A DNA stretch of 64,000 nt from Batkoa obscura. Its lineage: Eukaryota. Location of the stretch: contig JASVEC010000028.1 of assembly GCA_030770535.1 (NCBI GenBank), positions 248,001-312,000 on the forward strand, in the 5' to 3' direction. Below are positions 63,114-64,000 of the stretch, piece by piece. How positions within the stretch are numbered: position 1 is the first letter of the stretch; each line of letters starts with the position of its first letter. Under the pieces are notes generated by a model. That model was given only the letters and a program-made list of their open reading frames with translations, had not been told where the DNA came from and made no database searches. Position numbers and translations under genes: made by a program.

Positions 63114-63959
63114 ATGAAATCTATTCCTTTTGTCACTCTTATCTTGCTAAACTTAATTGTAGCGGAATCTATCCCTAGTTCTAATACATTTAATAATTTA
63201 AACCATGCAGTTGATAATAATCAAATTCAATTTACAGATTCTGAGAATCGAATTTCATTTGATGAAAACCATACAAATAAATTAAATTCAGTTACAAAAA
63301 GGATATTAAATAATAATAAAAAAGATTCAGATTTATTAGGAGAAGAGGAAGAAGAAGTAGGAGAAGTAGAAGAAGCTCACGAAAAGAAGACCGGACTAAA
63401 ATTGCCTGGTTTAAAGCTGTCAGTAAAGCTTACCCCAGAAAGACTTGAAGAGCTCCTCAATGGTCAATTTAACTTAAAATTATTTGGTATTAAGCCAGCA
63501 GTTACTAATTTGATCTTTAAAACAGCCTTAACTCAATTTCATAACTTACAAGTTCATATAGTCGATCTTGGGCTTTCAGCTTTTTATAAATTCAATTCTT
63601 TTTTTATCGATAACATATTTAGTGTTTATGTAAACATAGCTTCTCGTCTTATTAAGAATGAGAAACCACAACAACACCGTTTTCTTGAACGTCATCCACA
63701 ATTAACCGAATACCTTGCAGTTCTCTTTCGCCATCATTCTGGGATTTTTAATGGTCGTTTTGGTGGTCATATTAGAAACACCCTTGCAAAGGCTAAGAAA
63801 AGATCGCCTCAAGCTTATGAGAAATATATTCAACATCTTGATAATGTGTTTGCAGATAACCCTATTATTCCTAGCGATGTTTATAACAACGTCGTTCATA
63901 ATGAGGTTGGCAAGGATGGTGGGGAAGTTGTTCATGACTTTGAGGATGATAAAATTTAA
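63114..63959 (+). CDS. Secreted hypothetical protein
   Basis: 281-aa ORF, signal peptide MKSIPFVTLILLNLIVA, acidic linker, helical C-terminal region, AATAAA at the stop. Confidence 0.75.
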   Translation: MKSIPFVTLILLNLIVAESIPSSNTFNNLNHAVDNNQIQFTDSENRISFDENHTNKLNSVTKRILNNNKKDSDLLGEEEEEVGEVEEAHEKKTGLKLPGLKLSVKLTPERLEELLNGQFNLKLFGIKPAVTNLIFKTALTQFHNLQVHIVDLGLSAFYKFNSFFIDNIFSVYVNIASRLIKNEKPQQHRFLERHPQLTEYLAVLFRHHSGIFNGRFGGHIRNTLAKAKKRSPQAYEKYIQHLDNVFADNPIIPSDVYNNVVHNEVGKDGGEVVHDFEDDKI

Positions 63960-64000
63960 TAAAGTTATTTTTATTATATACCAAAAATGTGGTTTTGTGC

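Noticed and set aside
63702..63935. 77-aa minus-strand ORF
   Set aside because: Antisense to the secreted protein.

Overview
Very AT-rich eukaryotic DNA with short GT-AG introns. The gene set (chitin synthase, KRE6/SKN1, Zn2Cys6 factor, NCA2, Uds1-domain protein) identifies a fungus; an early-diverging lineage such as Zoopagomycota is an inference only. About 24 protein-coding genes, mostly housekeeping: POT/PTR transporter, R2R3 Myb, Ran1-like kinase, RCC1, CCDC124, 15-exon NADP-IDH, twinfilin-like, GTP cyclohydrolase I, SLC17-like MFS, CHS, NCA2, DRG2 and KRE6. The less usual genes are a standalone voltage-sensor/Hv1-like channel with an altered S4 signature, a 1060-aa degenerate VWA protein, a SERTA-like small protein, a twin-CX3C putative secreted peptide and a Lys-rich secreted protein. 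Intergenic DNA holds a non-autonomous transposon community: 13 copies of a ~97-bp GGGGATG...CATCCCC MITE with 4-bp target duplications, three intact ~460-bp TG...CA solo-LTR-like elements (4-bp TSD) that nest reciprocally with the MITE, older GC-stripped copies of that element, a TA-flanked Tc1/mariner-like MITE family, two foldback elements and a LINE 3' remnant. No rRNA, convincing tRNA, CRISPR or prokaryotic features were seen. All family calls come from motif recognition by eye, with no database searches.
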